Source of the DNA: Octopus vulgaris
Lineage: Eukaryota
DNA length: 64,000 nt
Direction of reading: 5' to 3'
Assembly: GCA_951406725.2 (NCBI GenBank)
Contig: OX597814.1
Location: 124,496,001 to 124,560,000 of the forward strand
The notes below the pieces were generated by a model. It ran no database searches and had not been told where the DNA came from. It saw only the letters and a list, made by a program, of their open reading frames with translations. Each line of letters begins with the position of its first letter. Positions within the stretch are counted from its first letter, which is position 1. Shown here piece by piece: positions 26,555 through 39,808 of the stretch. Both the position numbers and the translations under genes were made by a program.

Positions 26555-27312
26555 TCTTCTTCTTCTTCTTCTTGCCTTTACACAGCTTCTAATGCTGGAG
26601 ATGTACTACAGTGTCAGCTGATCACTACCAGTGAACTAAGGTAACACCTCTTATTTTTCGAGTACCTTCCGGAGTATTCGAGCGGTTCCAAGCAGTGCTG
26701 TTTTCTGCAAGTGCTCCACCCTTATTGCAGCCTCTATTTGTTCTCGAGATTTTTGCTCACTGTTCCCAGGGCTCCGACAATTATTGGTACTACTGCTACC
26801 TTCTTCATCGACCACTACTGCTTAACTTCCCAAGCTAACCTGTCATATCTCTCGACTTTTCTTTCTTCCTTATCGCATACCTTGTTGTTAACTAGGCATT
26901 CTATATCTATGATCCAGCATAGTTTGTTTCCTTTCTCAATTAAGTCTATGGTGTTGGAGGTGAGAAATAAATCAAGGGATTTGGAATGTCGTGTCGTTCA
27001 GAAATACGCTTTACAAGGGCAACTAGTTGTTATACAGAACTAATGACTATTAAGACTATTCTCAATCTCATGGTCGCACTGAATCATAAAATCCCATAGG
27101 ATCTTTGCATTTCTATTTTCGACGATACCTTCGGGTTTATGGTCGTACCAATTTTTTGCTCTGTCAAGTCCATACTTGTTGCAAAATGTCCAATGGACAA
27201 GCTTGGCTATATTGTCGTGGCGTCGCTTATATTCCTTCTGGGCTAGTGGTGTACACTGGTTGGTAATATGCCATACGGTTTCACCGTTTTGTCCACACAT
27301 TCTGCACTTATT
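26555..27312 (-). mobile_element. 3' fragment of an REL-endonuclease non-LTR retrotransposon (R4/Dong-like)
   Basis: CRMCGQNGETVWHITNQC knuckle, RRHDNIAK, KILWDF, VVPIIVGALG; (GAA)n at the 3' end. Confidence 0.85.
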
Positions 27313-27332
27313 CTGATTCTATTATTATAGTG

Positions 27333-27497
27333 GCATTTCGTCCGTCTTTACTTTCTGAGTTCAAATTCCACCGAGGTCGATTTTGCCTTTCATCTTTTCA
27401 GGGTCGATAAAATAAATACCAGTTGAACACTGGGGTCAAAGTAATCGACCTATCTCCTCCCTGGAAATTGCTGGTTTCATACCAAAATTTGAAATCA
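27333..27497 (+). mobile_element. SINE family A, 5'-truncated monomer
   Basis: gagttcaaattccaccgaggtcga...tail ggaaattgctgg...aaaatttgaaa. Confidence 0.8.
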
Positions 27498-29445
27498 TTA
27501 TTATCATATTGAGTAAATTACATTATTCAAAGAAGTAATATGACTTAGCTTCCTCATGGATGTATTCATTCGTTTGTTTATTATTTATTATAATTTTTCA
27601 CTAAATGAGGAAACTGCTTTCTAACAAAGAAACAAAAGCTCAATAACTAGAATTTGGCTTACAGTATAATTGTTTTAGATCGAAATTTAGGAAAACCTTT
27701 GACACCTTTGCTGTTCCACTTACAGATTGTCTGTAAAATTGCGCGTTGGCCGGCCCATTTTTTTTTTTTTTTTGTGCTTGAAAACATTAAATTTTGTAGA
27801 TTGTCGTTTAGATTTTACCAACATAAGCAAATCTTCCGATGATTTTTGTTATAACAGCAAATTCCTAATCATGTTCGGGAAGATGCATTATTCGAAGCAG
27901 ATATCCACTGATTTTCTGCTTATGGCTGGTTTATGAAGAGATTTTCACAGCTGTAGGGCAGCTTACCTCCGAGTTTGTACATGACATTTTTCTGTTCCAA
28001 ATAACTATCTCAGGTGTGTTATGTTTTCACAACGAGAAGTTTTAATGGGATGAGAATATTCCACCAATATTCCTGGTGTTGATATGTATACATATATTTA
28101 GTAGCAGATGTGTTGTTTATATTCATTCCAGGGTAGCCTTTTACTGGGGTTGTCATTGTATATTATTTTAGTAACGTCAGATCACAGTAGGAGGCAGTAC
28201 GACGATGATTTTTCTAGGCAGCTGCTGATTCCGTGTGTTGTGTATGTAGGTATGCATTCATACATACATGCATACATACATACATACATACATACATACA
28301 TACATACATACATACATACATACATACATACATACATACATGTATGTGTGTATCTTTGCATATGTGCATGTGTGTGTAAGTCTGTATTGGTGCACATGTA
28401 TATATATATATATATATATCTGTATGTACTGTCATAACTATACCTATTTATCTACACCTACACTCATTCATTATTTATGTATACACTCCTAGACACACGC
28501 CTATACACACACAAGCACGCGCGCGCGCACACACCACACACACACACCATCGTTATTTCGCTAAGGCATGGCGATATTAATAACCAGATGCTAGAGCTCA
28601 ATTGTTCAACTACTAACGTAGTTGAATAATATTCTTAAGGCCGCAATTTACTCACACGCAGTATCTTCAGAGCTTTGTCGTTAATTCAGTTCTGAACCAA
28701 ATTGAAATCTGTTAAGATTTTTGAAAAGAACTAGTCTCTAGTTATATTTTGGCATTAAAAAATTGAGATTTGGTCCGATAGAAAAAAATTACATCAAAAT
28801 TTGTAGCAATGTTATAAGAGAGTAAGTAAGGCCTCAGATCAAGTTTAGATCTAAATAACTTTTTTATTATTTTAACAACAAAATATATCTATCTTTGCTT
28901 CAATAATGAGGAATTTCACAGTTTTGGTCCCATATAATAAAAATGTGTATAAAAAAAGTTGTCTGGTAAAATATTATGAAAAAATATAAGGTAAAAAATT
29001 GGATTTAAATATAATTACCTTTTTTTATTTTAAAAACTAAATATATTTTAATTAAGCTTAAAATGATAGAATTTCCTGGTATCAATCTCATACAATTAAG
29101 TTTTAAAAGAAAAAGTTATGAACGCTTGTTTCTCAGATTTGATGGTGATAATATAGTTCTACACATTTTTTGTGAATATAGTTCTATAAGGGGACTTTTA
29201 ATACGTGTCACCGGCATCATTGAAGGAAGGAAAAATTATCAGCGGCACCGCTAATTTGCAATTAGTTTAATTACGTCATCTGTATTAGTTAACGCAATTA
29301 TATCATGTAAACGCAGTCCTGTAATATCTGAGACGAGAACGAAGTTTTAAAAGAAACAAGTTATGAGTGTTTGTTCCTCAAATTTGGGCGATAATATAGT
29401 TCTATACTTTTTTGCATAATAGCATAGCCTGGAAAAACATGGATT

Positions 29446-30299
29446 ACATGGAAAACGAGAGCAGGAGAAATAATATTCTTAACATTATAAACCTGGAAAA
29501 GTGCAGAAGAAGTAACTACATCTGGTAAAGTACAGAACAAGAAAATCTTTACTTAAAATATTGCACTTAAGGATAAAATTTGAATATTAGAAATTATTTG
29601 ATCTCAATTTACACAGTTACATTATAATTAAAAAAAAAGGTACCATCATTTTGTTAAAATATTGACACACTAGAATACTTAAACAGTGAGAGCCAGAGGT
29701 ATCAGTATAGCTAAAGTTTTATGCAAAGCAGAATAGTTTATATGGTAGACAAATTCATTATGTAAAAAATAGGCAGGCATCGGGTCAAGACTAAAAATGA
29801 GAAGACTTGGCAATAATTAGGCAAAGCAAATTTTACTGTGAATTTGTTGTTATAGGGAGATTTAACTGTAATATATAACTATTTTTTTTATTATTTTATT
29901 TATTACTATAACTAATTAGGGATTACTATTATCTTTTATAATATTTTCAAATTTCTAATTATTAATTAATAATTTTAAAAAATGAATTTTTTTGAAGTCC
30001 AATAAAATATTTTAATTAATTTATTTTAAGTTTTAATAGAATTAATAACAAACAGAAGTAATAACTTGTAATAAAATTTTTAGTTTTAATAAAAGCTAAC
30101 ATTTTCTAAATCTAAATATTTTATTTGAAATTTTTTCCTCAGCTGCAATATTTTAAGTAAAAAGTTTTCTTCTTCTGTACTTTACCAGATGTAATAACTT
30201 GTCCTGAACTTTTCCAAGTGTAATAACTTGTCCTGTAATATAATATTCCAGTTATATAATCTTAAGAATATTATTTCTTTTGCTCGCATGTTTCCATGT
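29446..30299. repeat. Diverged long inverted repeat (arms ~29446-29590 and ~30110-30299)
   Basis: tacatctggtaaagtacagaa pairs with ttctgtactttaccagatgta; ttttacttaaaatattgca pairs with tgcaatattttaagtaaaa; agaaataatattcttaa pairs with ttaagaatattatttct. Confidence 0.85.
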
Positions 30300-30309
30300 T
30301 ATACTTATA

Positions 30310-31100
30310 CGTGGCACCTTGAGCAAATATCTATACTATAGCCTCGGCCCAAGCAAAACTATATGAGTAGATTTGGTAGATAGAAACTGAGATAAGGCGG
30401 CGAGTTGGCAAAAACGTTAGCACGCTGGGCGAAATGCGTAGCCGTATTTCGTCTGCCGTTACGTTCTGAGTTCAAATTCCGCCGAGGTCAACTTTATCTT
30501 TCATCCTTTCGGGGTCGATAAATTAAGTACCAGTTACGCATTGGGATCGATATAATCGACTTAATCCGTTTGCCTGTCCTTGTTTGTCCTCTCTGTGTTT
30601 AGCCCCTTGTGGGTAGTAAAGAAATAGGTATTTCGTCTGCCGTTACGTTCTGAGTTCAAATTCCGTCGAGGTCGACTTTGCCTTTCATCCTTTCGGGGTC
30701 GATTGAATAAGTACCAGTTATGCACTGGGATCGATGTAATCGACTTACTCCCTTTGTCTGTCCTTGTTTGTCCTCTCTATGTTTAGCCCCTTGTGGGCAA
30801 TAAAGAACTAAGAAATTGAAAGAAGCTCCTCGTACATATTTATATATGTGCGCGCGCATCCACGTGTCTGTATTTGTGTGTGTGCGTGTGTATCTATTTA
30901 TATATGTGTCTGTATTTGTCACCCCACCATCGCTTGTTGACAACCAATGCTGATGTGCTTATGTCCCTGTAACTTAACGGTTCGGTGAAAATGACCGATA
31001 GAATAAGTACTAGGCGCTCGATTTCTTCGACTAAAATCCTTTAAGATGGTTCTCCAGCATGGCCGACGTCAAATGGCTGAAACACGTGAAAGGTTAAAAG
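30310..31100 (+). mobile_element. SINE family B split by a SINE A dimer (30394-30810)
   Basis: Family B sequence stops at gaaactgaga (~30390) and resumes at gaaattgaaagaagc (~30812). Confidence 0.88.
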
Positions 31101-31889
31101 AATACATTTTAACAACAGAATTTAATACGGAGCCCGGTTGAGAACCACTGCTTTCGAGTAAAGCGATAGAAGAATACAGAACATAACATCGGTGAATAAA
31201 CAGCAGACGAGCAGTAGTTACACTCGTATTTTGATCAAGTTTTACTGACAAAAAAATGTTCATAATCCTTTCTGCTCATTAAACGCCATGATCATTACAA
31301 TGCAAGGATATTCACTTTCTAATCTGTAAACTAATGAAACAAACTCAGTACTTGTTGCATTTGCTACCACAAACGTAACTGTTGTTCTGGTGCCATGGTT
31401 CATCTCATGAGACTTGTAATAATGTAACTTCACAAATTTCCCTACACTTAGTTCTCTTCATTAACGTATTCCAGTCCTCAACGGGGAAAAAAAATCACTT
31501 TTATCATATTCTGCTGCCAAGGAGTCTTTGGTGCATTTCTGTGTCCACAAGTTCACCTAGTGAGATAAAAATATGGTTTGTGCTTCACTGTTTTTTTTTT
31601 TTTCTTTTGGTATCTTCATATTTTCATGTTTTGCAAACAGGGTTGACTAGACAGATTACATAAAAAAAAAGAAGCAAAAATAACACGAACAAATAAATGA
31701 ACAAAGAAGCAAAAATAAAACAAAAAAAAAACAACAAAAAACAAAAACGAGCAACCACAATAAACAAGGAGAAGGGGAAATGAAGGATAGATTAAATATT
31801 CTGCTTGAAGGAAAGCGGGAATAACGAACTTCCTACAAACTGATCGACCAGAAAAAATAAAGAAACAGAAAAAAGAAAACAAAAAAAGA

Positions 31890-32082
31890 TGGCTGTGTGG
31901 TAAGTAGCTTACTTACGAACTACATGGTTCTGGGTTCAGTCCCACTGCGTGGCACCTTGGGCAAGTGTCTTCTACTATAGCCTCGGGCCGACCAAAGCCT
32001 TGTGAGTGGATTTGGTTGACGGAAACTGAAAGAAGCCCGTCGTATATATGTATGTATATGTGTATGTGTGTGTATATGTATG

Positions 32083-32149
<67 letters not shown>

Positions 32150-32355
32150 CTGTGTTTGTCCCCCCCCCCCAACATCGTTTGACAACAGATGCTGGTGTGT
32201 TTACGTCCCCGTGACTTAGCGGTTCGGCAAAAGAAACTGATAGAATAAGTACTAGGCTTCCAAAGAATAAGTCCTGGGGTCAATTTGCTCGACTACAGGC
32301 GGTGCTCCAGTATAGCCACAGTCAAATGACTGAAACAGGTAAAAGAGTAAAGAGA
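31890..32355 (+). mobile_element. SINE family B, well preserved
   Basis: tggctgtgtggtaag...gggttcagtccc...caccttgggcaagtg...(TA)n(TG)n...gactgaaacaggtaaaagagtaaagag. Confidence 0.92.
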
Positions 32356-32451
32356 ATATAAGATCATATATTCTGTTTAATATTCTCGATACTCAACAAC
32401 AATAACAAGATTAATATTTCATGAACAGCAATAATAATCTTTCCTTTTTTT

Positions 32452-33072
32452 TTCTACTCTAGGGTACAAGGCCCGAATTTTGGGGGAGGGGGCCAGTCGG
32501 TTAGTTCGACTACAGTACGCAGCTGGTACTTAATTCATTGTGCGTAACTGGTACTTATTTAATCGACTCCGAAAGGATAAAAGGCAAAGTCGATCGGCGG
32601 AATTTGAACTCAGAACGTAACGGCAGACGAAATACCTATTTCTTTACTACCTACAAGGGGCTAAACACAAAGGGGACAAACAAGGACAGACAAACGGATT
32701 AAGTCGATTATATCGACCCCAGTGCGTAACTGGTACTTAATTTATCGACCCCGAAAGGATGAAAGGCAAAGTCGACCTCGACGATATTTGAACTCAGAAC
32801 GTAACGGTAGACGAAATACGGCTACGCATTTGGCCCGGCGTGCTAACGTTTCTGCCAGCTCGCCGCCTTAATGCTCCTTTCTACTAAAGCCACAAGATCG
32901 GAAATTTTGTAGGAGTGGACAAGTCGATTAGATCAACCCCAGTGTTTCACTTGTACTTAATTTATCGACCTCGAAAGGATAAAAGACACGTGGAATTCAG
33001 AACGTAGCGGCAGACGAAATACTGCTAAGCATTGCGCCCGGTGTGCTAACGTTTCTGCCAGCTCACCGCCTT
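32452..33072 (-). mobile_element. Two adjacent SINE family A copies (32452-32869 and 32875-33072)
   Basis: Two reverse-complement heads (...ccagctcgccgcctt) with bodies. Confidence 0.88.
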
Positions 33073-33436
33073 ATGAACAGTAATAATAATAACCACAGCA
33101 GCAACACCAAACATATGTGACAGTAACAGCAGCAGCAGCAGCAGCAATTAAACACTATATAGTAGCAAAACATCATCATCTGCAGCAGCAGCAGCACATC
33201 GACTAACAACAGCAATAAAATTTTCATCTCTTCCCCCAATCACCGCCTGTCGATCTCTGTCCACACCGAGTGACCTAATCCGGCAACTGCTGTTGTTGCT
33301 ACTACTGTTACCATTGCTGCTGCTGCTCTTACTACTACTACTACTACTACTACAACGACGACGACGACGACTACTGTTATTGCTGCCGTACCAACTGCCA
33401 GCCTTATTACTGTGCTCCCACATAACGTACCTGTTC

Positions 33437-34054
33437 ATTCTTAAGGCGTTCTGGCAGATTCGAACGTGAATAACCGATTACGACAGCGGAGGGTACCTCC
33501 TCTTTTTAAACGATGCATGTTCATAACACGTGATTCACAAGTGTAAGGGGGCTTTTGAGGTACCGCTGTTTCGACCTCATTGTGTGTCTTTTCAGGCAAA
33601 GCTTCTCCGTCCGACCAGTGAATCGTCGGACCCCGTCTGACAAAAGCATTAGCTCTTGTTTATAGGAATTAACAAACAAATTATTTCATGTTGCGTGCTG
33701 ATGACTGCCAACGCATTGAGATTAAATTGATACATTATTGTTTGGATTCTCGTTGACTCTCTGTGCACCCCATGAATTATTATCTGTTTGGCAGACATCA
33801 ACACGCATCAGCAAATAATTTACCGATTCTTATAAACAAGAGCTCGTATTCTTGTCAGATTCATTGGTCCGGCGGGGTAGTTTTTAACGAGGAATACGCA
33901 ATGCGGTCGAAACACCGCGGTGTCTTGAAGTCTCCTTATATCGGTGAATGAGAGTGATTCGAGCACACACACTCCATAGAGAGGCATTTTTCATTGACGA
34001 AAAACACCAGCGATCGGATATTTACGCTCGAATCTGCCAGAATGTATTAAGAAT
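33437..34054. repeat. Diverged long inverted repeat (arms ~33437-33711 and ~33788-34054)
   Basis: ttctggcagattcga pairs with tcgaatctgccagaa; agctcttgtttata pairs with tataaacaagagct; tgtttcgacc pairs with ggtcgaaaca. Confidence 0.88.
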
Positions 34055-34229
34055 TAACTATTTATTTACTTTTAAAATTTTACTAGTTTCTGCTCGAGAC
34101 CTGCGGCCATACTGGGGCACCACCGTTTGGAGCATTGCCGTTTGGAACATCGCTGTTAGATACTTATTGCTTGACGTTTGCTCTGTTGCAAGCAAAAGAA
34201 GCCTTTCTTTGGTTTAGGAATCATCAAAA

Positions 34230-35060
34230 CCACTCCAAATCCCATCATCCTCCATATTTCTCTATGAATCAACAAATATAAACAAACTTCAACAAATATC
34301 CTGTCTTCGAAAATCTGACAATTTCTTTCTTATCTAGCACCCATATCCACAACCTATCTCCGCGGTCTAGGATACACTCCATACTTAAATTTCACTCCAA
34401 AATTTAGTGGTTGGCATACGTAGACTCCAATCTCATTGTCTCTGAGCTCTCTCAACTGGATATCAGTAATAACAGCTTCCAGCAAATTTAACTGAAAAGT
34501 TTCCTCTCTCATTCTCTTAACTGCGACTCTCAATGGCTCGCCGAAACCTCAAACCACTAACAACACTTTATACTTCCTGTATTGATAAAATCTACCTCAC
34601 ATCTGTCTCCAAAGTCATCGTCCCTGAGGACGTTCTCACTTATGGAATGTCATGGCTCTTATATTCATCACAAACCGATGGTTCTTCTTTTACATATATT
34701 CAAGACAAATACACGGACTTTCCAAACACACATAAGCCCGCCAAACACATACAGATTCTCCAAACACATCTCTTTCTCACCTTAAAGCCTAAACGCTACG
34801 AAATGCCAATGTCTCTAATAATAACGCGTCATACAATTATCGCCTCATTGCAACTGCACAACACACAATTACGGCACAGCGTTTCTTTTATTATAGCACT
34901 TCCAGGTTGCTGACTGGCTCCAGCCTCGCTAGCTTTATTACAATAATTATCCTTGACAGCACAATGTTTCAATTTTGAACCATTAGACACAGTTGCGCTG
35001 AAACTATCCTTTTAGGCCTGCCCCTCCACATTCCAGATACAACAATATATCACAAATCTT
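34230..35060 (+). mobile_element. Possible decayed LINE RT remnant
   Basis: C/A-rich; LTSVSKV at ~34595 resembles the RT motif LTS..SK. Confidence 0.3.
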
Positions 35061-35502
35061 CAAGTGGTCTACACGTGGTTGCGTTGTAGGTGCTCAGGCA
35101 TATAACTTCGAGCCCCACCCCCACACGACTCCGAGAAAGCTATATGTACAAACACGCAGCTTCAAATAGCAAAAAAATAATGAAAGTAATTACATGGCTC
35201 CTGTTCTCGTGTCTTTAATTAATTAGTCTAGTCTAGCAGAAGTGTAGCGTTTGCCATGTCCTTTCGATGTGACCCTCTCTAGCATTCTCTGTATATGATC
35301 TGGGAGTATCCATATCCTCCCCTGCTGTCGTTAAGTAGATTACTGAAACTTCGGCTATCATGACTAGACCTGGTAAGAATACTGGATTGCTTCCCAGTGC
35401 CTTCCCCATGGAGACAGATTATAACTCAGAATCTCTCTCTCTCTCTCTTTTTCTCCCCCCCTCACTCTCTCTTTCTCTCTCTCTCTCTCTATATATATAT
35501 AT

Positions 35503-35900
35503 ACTCTTTTACTTCTTTCAGCCATTTGACTGTGGCGATGCTGGAGTACCGCCTTTAGTCGAGCAAGTCGACCCCAGGACTTATTCTTTGTAAGCTTAGT
35601 ACTTATTCTATCGGACTCTTTTGCCGAACTGCTAAGTTACGGAGACGTAAACACACCAGCATCTGTTGTCAAACGATGCTGGGAGGACAAACATAGACAC
35701 AAAAACATATACATACACTTACATATATATATACATATATACGACGGGTTTCATTCAGTTTTCGTCTATCAAATCCACTTACAAAGCTTTGGTCGGCCCG
35801 AGGCTATAGTAGAAGACACATGCCCAAGGTGGTATGCAGTGGGATTGAACCCAGAACCATGTAGTTCGTAAGCAAGCTACTTACCACACAGTCACTTCTA
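35503..35900 (-). mobile_element. SINE family B
   Basis: Reverse complement matches the 31890-32355 copy along its length. Confidence 0.9.
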
Positions 35901-36232
35901 CGCCTATATATATATTGCCTTCGTCACGCAGGGACACTGATGAAGAGGAATATTCTTTATGCTGCATGTCGCGTTTCTCTGTTTTCTTCGTTGTTCGAAA
36001 AAAAGTTCGTTTCCATGTTTTTGTTTTTATGGTTTCGTTTCTCATTGTGTTCAACGTCTTTTTTGCTGTCCTGTACCCATATATGCATGTATATATACAT
36101 ATATATGTAGGTATGTACATATATGTATGTATATATGCATATATTTATATATTATTTATATTATTATATGATCGAATGCTAAGCATATTTTTCCAAGTGA
36201 GCTTTATCTATATATGTACACACACACACATA

Positions 36233-37199
36233 GGGTGCAGTGAATATACTGTCATCTAAATTATGCAGGAATGAAAATGACGCTGACATCACATTTTAAA
36301 AGATATATTTACCAAAATCTTGAAATACTTAATAAAATCGCCATTGGCCTTAACTACAGCATCCAGACTGCTTCGGAATCTCCTGCAACACTTCTGTTTA
36401 AGTTAGTGAATGCTGACATAATCCTTGCCTTCAGTTCATCTTTGTTGTTACAAAGAGTTTTGTTGGTCTCTCGCTCAACAGCACCCGCCACCTAATAATC
36501 AAGGGGGTCGCAGTTTGGGGAGTGAGGTGACCAGATGTTAGGGGTGATGTGGTCGCAGAAATTGTCTGACTGGGTTCTCCTGCTTGTGTGGCATGGCGCA
36601 GAATCCTGTTGCCAGACATAGGGTCTCCCAACACCTAGAGGCGTGACTATCCAGCCGGGGCCGATCCGTTTGCTTACGGTCCGAGCACCTCCTTGCTCAC
36701 GGGTCGGACCACGTCGCTGTTTTTACCCGGTGCATATCGCCACGCACTCCCGGCGACTGACGGCATCGATCGCGCCTACAGGAGGCCCAGGGTAGCACTA
36801 TCCTCCTGCAGGCACTTGATGTAGGCCTCCGTGATTAGTGTGAGATCATGTGGGAAGATGAATGGAGGCATAAAGTCGCCATCACTAGTGATCACTCCAA
36901 ACACTATGATGTTGACTGGATGTTTGACTTTTATCACTCTCGGCACATGTCTTCAGATTACGCTGTCCTCAGATTGACACCTAAACACTCTGAAATGTTC
37001 GTATTGGAACTTCCGGCGCGAATGCCAAGCAAGTCGTTACCAAATTTCTGGCAGAATGAATTGCGTCATGGTGTTGTTTTTCTTACAGGTGGAGGCCAAC
37101 TGGTCCTACTATACTGTGTAGTCGACAAAATCAAAACCAAACAATGCGCATGCACGAAATATAAAATATAAAATGGCGATAATTTACCCAGCGCACCAT
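36233..37199 (-). mobile_element. Tc1/mariner superfamily (maT/DD37D-like) transposon remnant
   Basis: Minus strand VFGVITSDGDFMPPFIF, GRPYVWQQDSAPCHTSRRTQ, WSPHSPNCDPLDY; degenerate TIRs ggtgc...gcacc in TA context. Confidence 0.85.
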
Positions 37200-37322
37200 T
37201 ATATATATATATATTTATACATATCACGTTGTCGGACAGTTTTGTTAAAATATATATAGCTCTCATAACAGCTTTTGTTATATATATATATACCTCTGGT
37301 ATTTGAGTATATATATATACCC

Positions 37323-37466
<144 letters not shown>

Positions 37467-38555
37467 TATTTATTTTTATTGAATATAATATATAATTATC
37501 ACTTCGGTTTTGTGTTTGGTTTGCAAAATTCTCGATGTGAATATAATTATCACTCACATACACGCATGCGCATGAATGCATATATGCATATATGCATATA
37601 ATAATGGATGGATGGATGGATGGATGGATGGATGGATGGAAGGAAGGATGAATGGATGGATGGATGGTTGGATGGGCTTCCGCACGCTTTTCGTTTCACA
37701 AATTGCACTTATAAGGTTATGTTTGACCAGAGGCTTTTCGTATGATGTACCTCTTCAAGATGTGCATCGTACGTATGTGGTGAAATCGAACCGGAAACTC
37801 CGTGCATGCGAAGCGAGGTTTTTAATCAACAACAGCTGACGAAATTGAATCGAGTTAAGCAAGAGAGGAAGTTCAACTGCCGAAGCATTTCATTTCATCA
37901 CATCCATACTATTATCATTAACCTATCGGCCCTTTAAGGAAAACTGCCGTAAATTAATCCCTATGCTCCCATCGAATTCATGTCACCTCAACCTTCCACT
38001 CTCTAATTTTTACACGAGACGCATTGCTTGCAGCAGACTGAGGCATTCAACACTAATTGCAACAAAACTGCATGTTTGTCAGAAAGACTATGAATTAACG
38101 GAAGTGCATAGCTGATAGCGGTGTCAGTGGTGAGGGCTTTGGTGTCGGCGGTTTCTGTGGTGGCGGTGGGGATGTTGTAGTATTAGCCTTCGTGACGCTG
38201 TTGGAGTTAGTGGAAGGTGTTTGTCATGTATGGGGAGGTGGTGGTTGTTAGTGTTATTGGTGTTGGTTTGGAATTTACTTTGGTTGTTGTAGCTGTTGTT
38301 GTCGCTGTCGCCGTTTAGCACCAGGCCAGCACTGATCCAGGAGATCTATGATCAAAGCCGTTCCAGCTGTGACCACCCCGTCATATCCCTCTGTCCGAGA
38401 AACTAAGGAATACGACATTATTCAATGTGCTCGTTTCTAAGACGGTGGAGGAATGAAGAATCGTTGTGGTTAGGGGTGGGGCGGGTGAACCATATGGGGA
38501 AGCTTTGGTTGCAATTTTTAGCACGCCGATCGCTGACGTTGGCTCTAGCTCCTTC

Positions 38556-39270
38556 GGGTGGTGGTAACGTTGGTGGTGGTGGTGATGTCACTGGTAGTGG
38601 TTATGGTGGTAATGTTGGTGGAAATGATGGAGAGGATGTTAATAGTGATAGTGTTGGCAATAATGGTGTTGTTGTTGGTGGTGGTGATATAGTAGCGTTT
38701 GTGCTGGCGGTAGTAGTATTGGCTGTGGTATGGGTGGTGGCGTGTTAGACAGTGATGATGTTGCTAGTGCTGTTGCTGGTGAGATTAATTGGCAATGGTT
38801 GTATTGGAGGTAGTGAGAGTGGTCAAGTCGATATTGGCAGTGTTTGTATTAGGGGTAGTGAGAGTGGTCAGGTCGGTGTTGGCGTCTAGTGTTAGGGGTG
38901 CAGGTGGTGGTAATGGTAGTTGTGGTGGCGGTAAAAGTTGTGGTAGTAGTGGCGATAATAGTTGTGGTTGTGGTGGTAGTGGTGGTGGTAATAGTTGTGG
39001 TAGTGATAGCGCTAGTGATGGTAGTATGGTGGTGGTTGTGGTAGTTGTAATTGTGGTAGTGGTGCTCGTGGTGGTGGTAGAGATGGTGCTACTACTATCA
39101 CTTCTGGTAGTTGAAATAGCACTAAATGATAACGTTGGTAGCGGCGGCGGCGACGGTGGTGTGTGTGTGTGTGTGCCGGGTGATGATGGTTGTGGTGGCG
39201 GTGATGGTTGTGGTGGTGGTGGTGGTGATGGTTGTGGTAGTGGTGGTGGTGGTGGTGATGGTGGTGGTTA
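38556..39270. repeat. (GGT/GAT/GTA)n low-complexity tract
   Basis: Direct reading. Confidence 0.9.
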
Positions 39271-39377
39271 TGAACGAATCAAATAATCGTAGAACAAACA
39301 ATCGATTTATTTGAAATCACATATCGGAGTTAATTTTATTTCACGTCATCCTCGGTTGGTTTCCCTCAATCTCAGTT

Positions 39378-39426
39378 ATCGTCATCATCGCCGTCGTCTT
39401 CAACATGATGGTGATCATCATCATGC

Positions 39427-39460
<34 letters not shown>

Positions 39461-39756
39461 TATTACTAGCAACATTATCATTAACAACCTTCATCGCACT
39501 CGCCCTCACCACCACCATCACCATTACCATCACCATCGCATCCACACCAACCTTCACACCTACCCCACTACCACCCCATATCATCATCATCCCCTTCATC
39601 ATCAACGTGATCACCGTCATCCTCATCATCATCATCATCATTATCATCATCACCTTCATCATTATCATTATCATTAACGACTTTCGTCACATTTCACACT
39701 CGCCGCCGTCGCCGCCACCACCTCCATCAGCACACCCTCTACAACCGCATATTATC

Positions 39757-39808
<52 letters not shown>

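Noticed and set aside
29105-29412. ~65-bp diverged direct repeat (29105-29170 vs 29348-29412)
   Set aside because: Real but old and short; probably internal to a decayed DNA transposon, with no further structure supportable.
29600-30110. AT-rich spacer resembling a mitochondrial rRNA insertion (NUMT)
   Set aside because: I could not identify any diagnostic conserved 12S or 16S motif; composition alone is insufficient.
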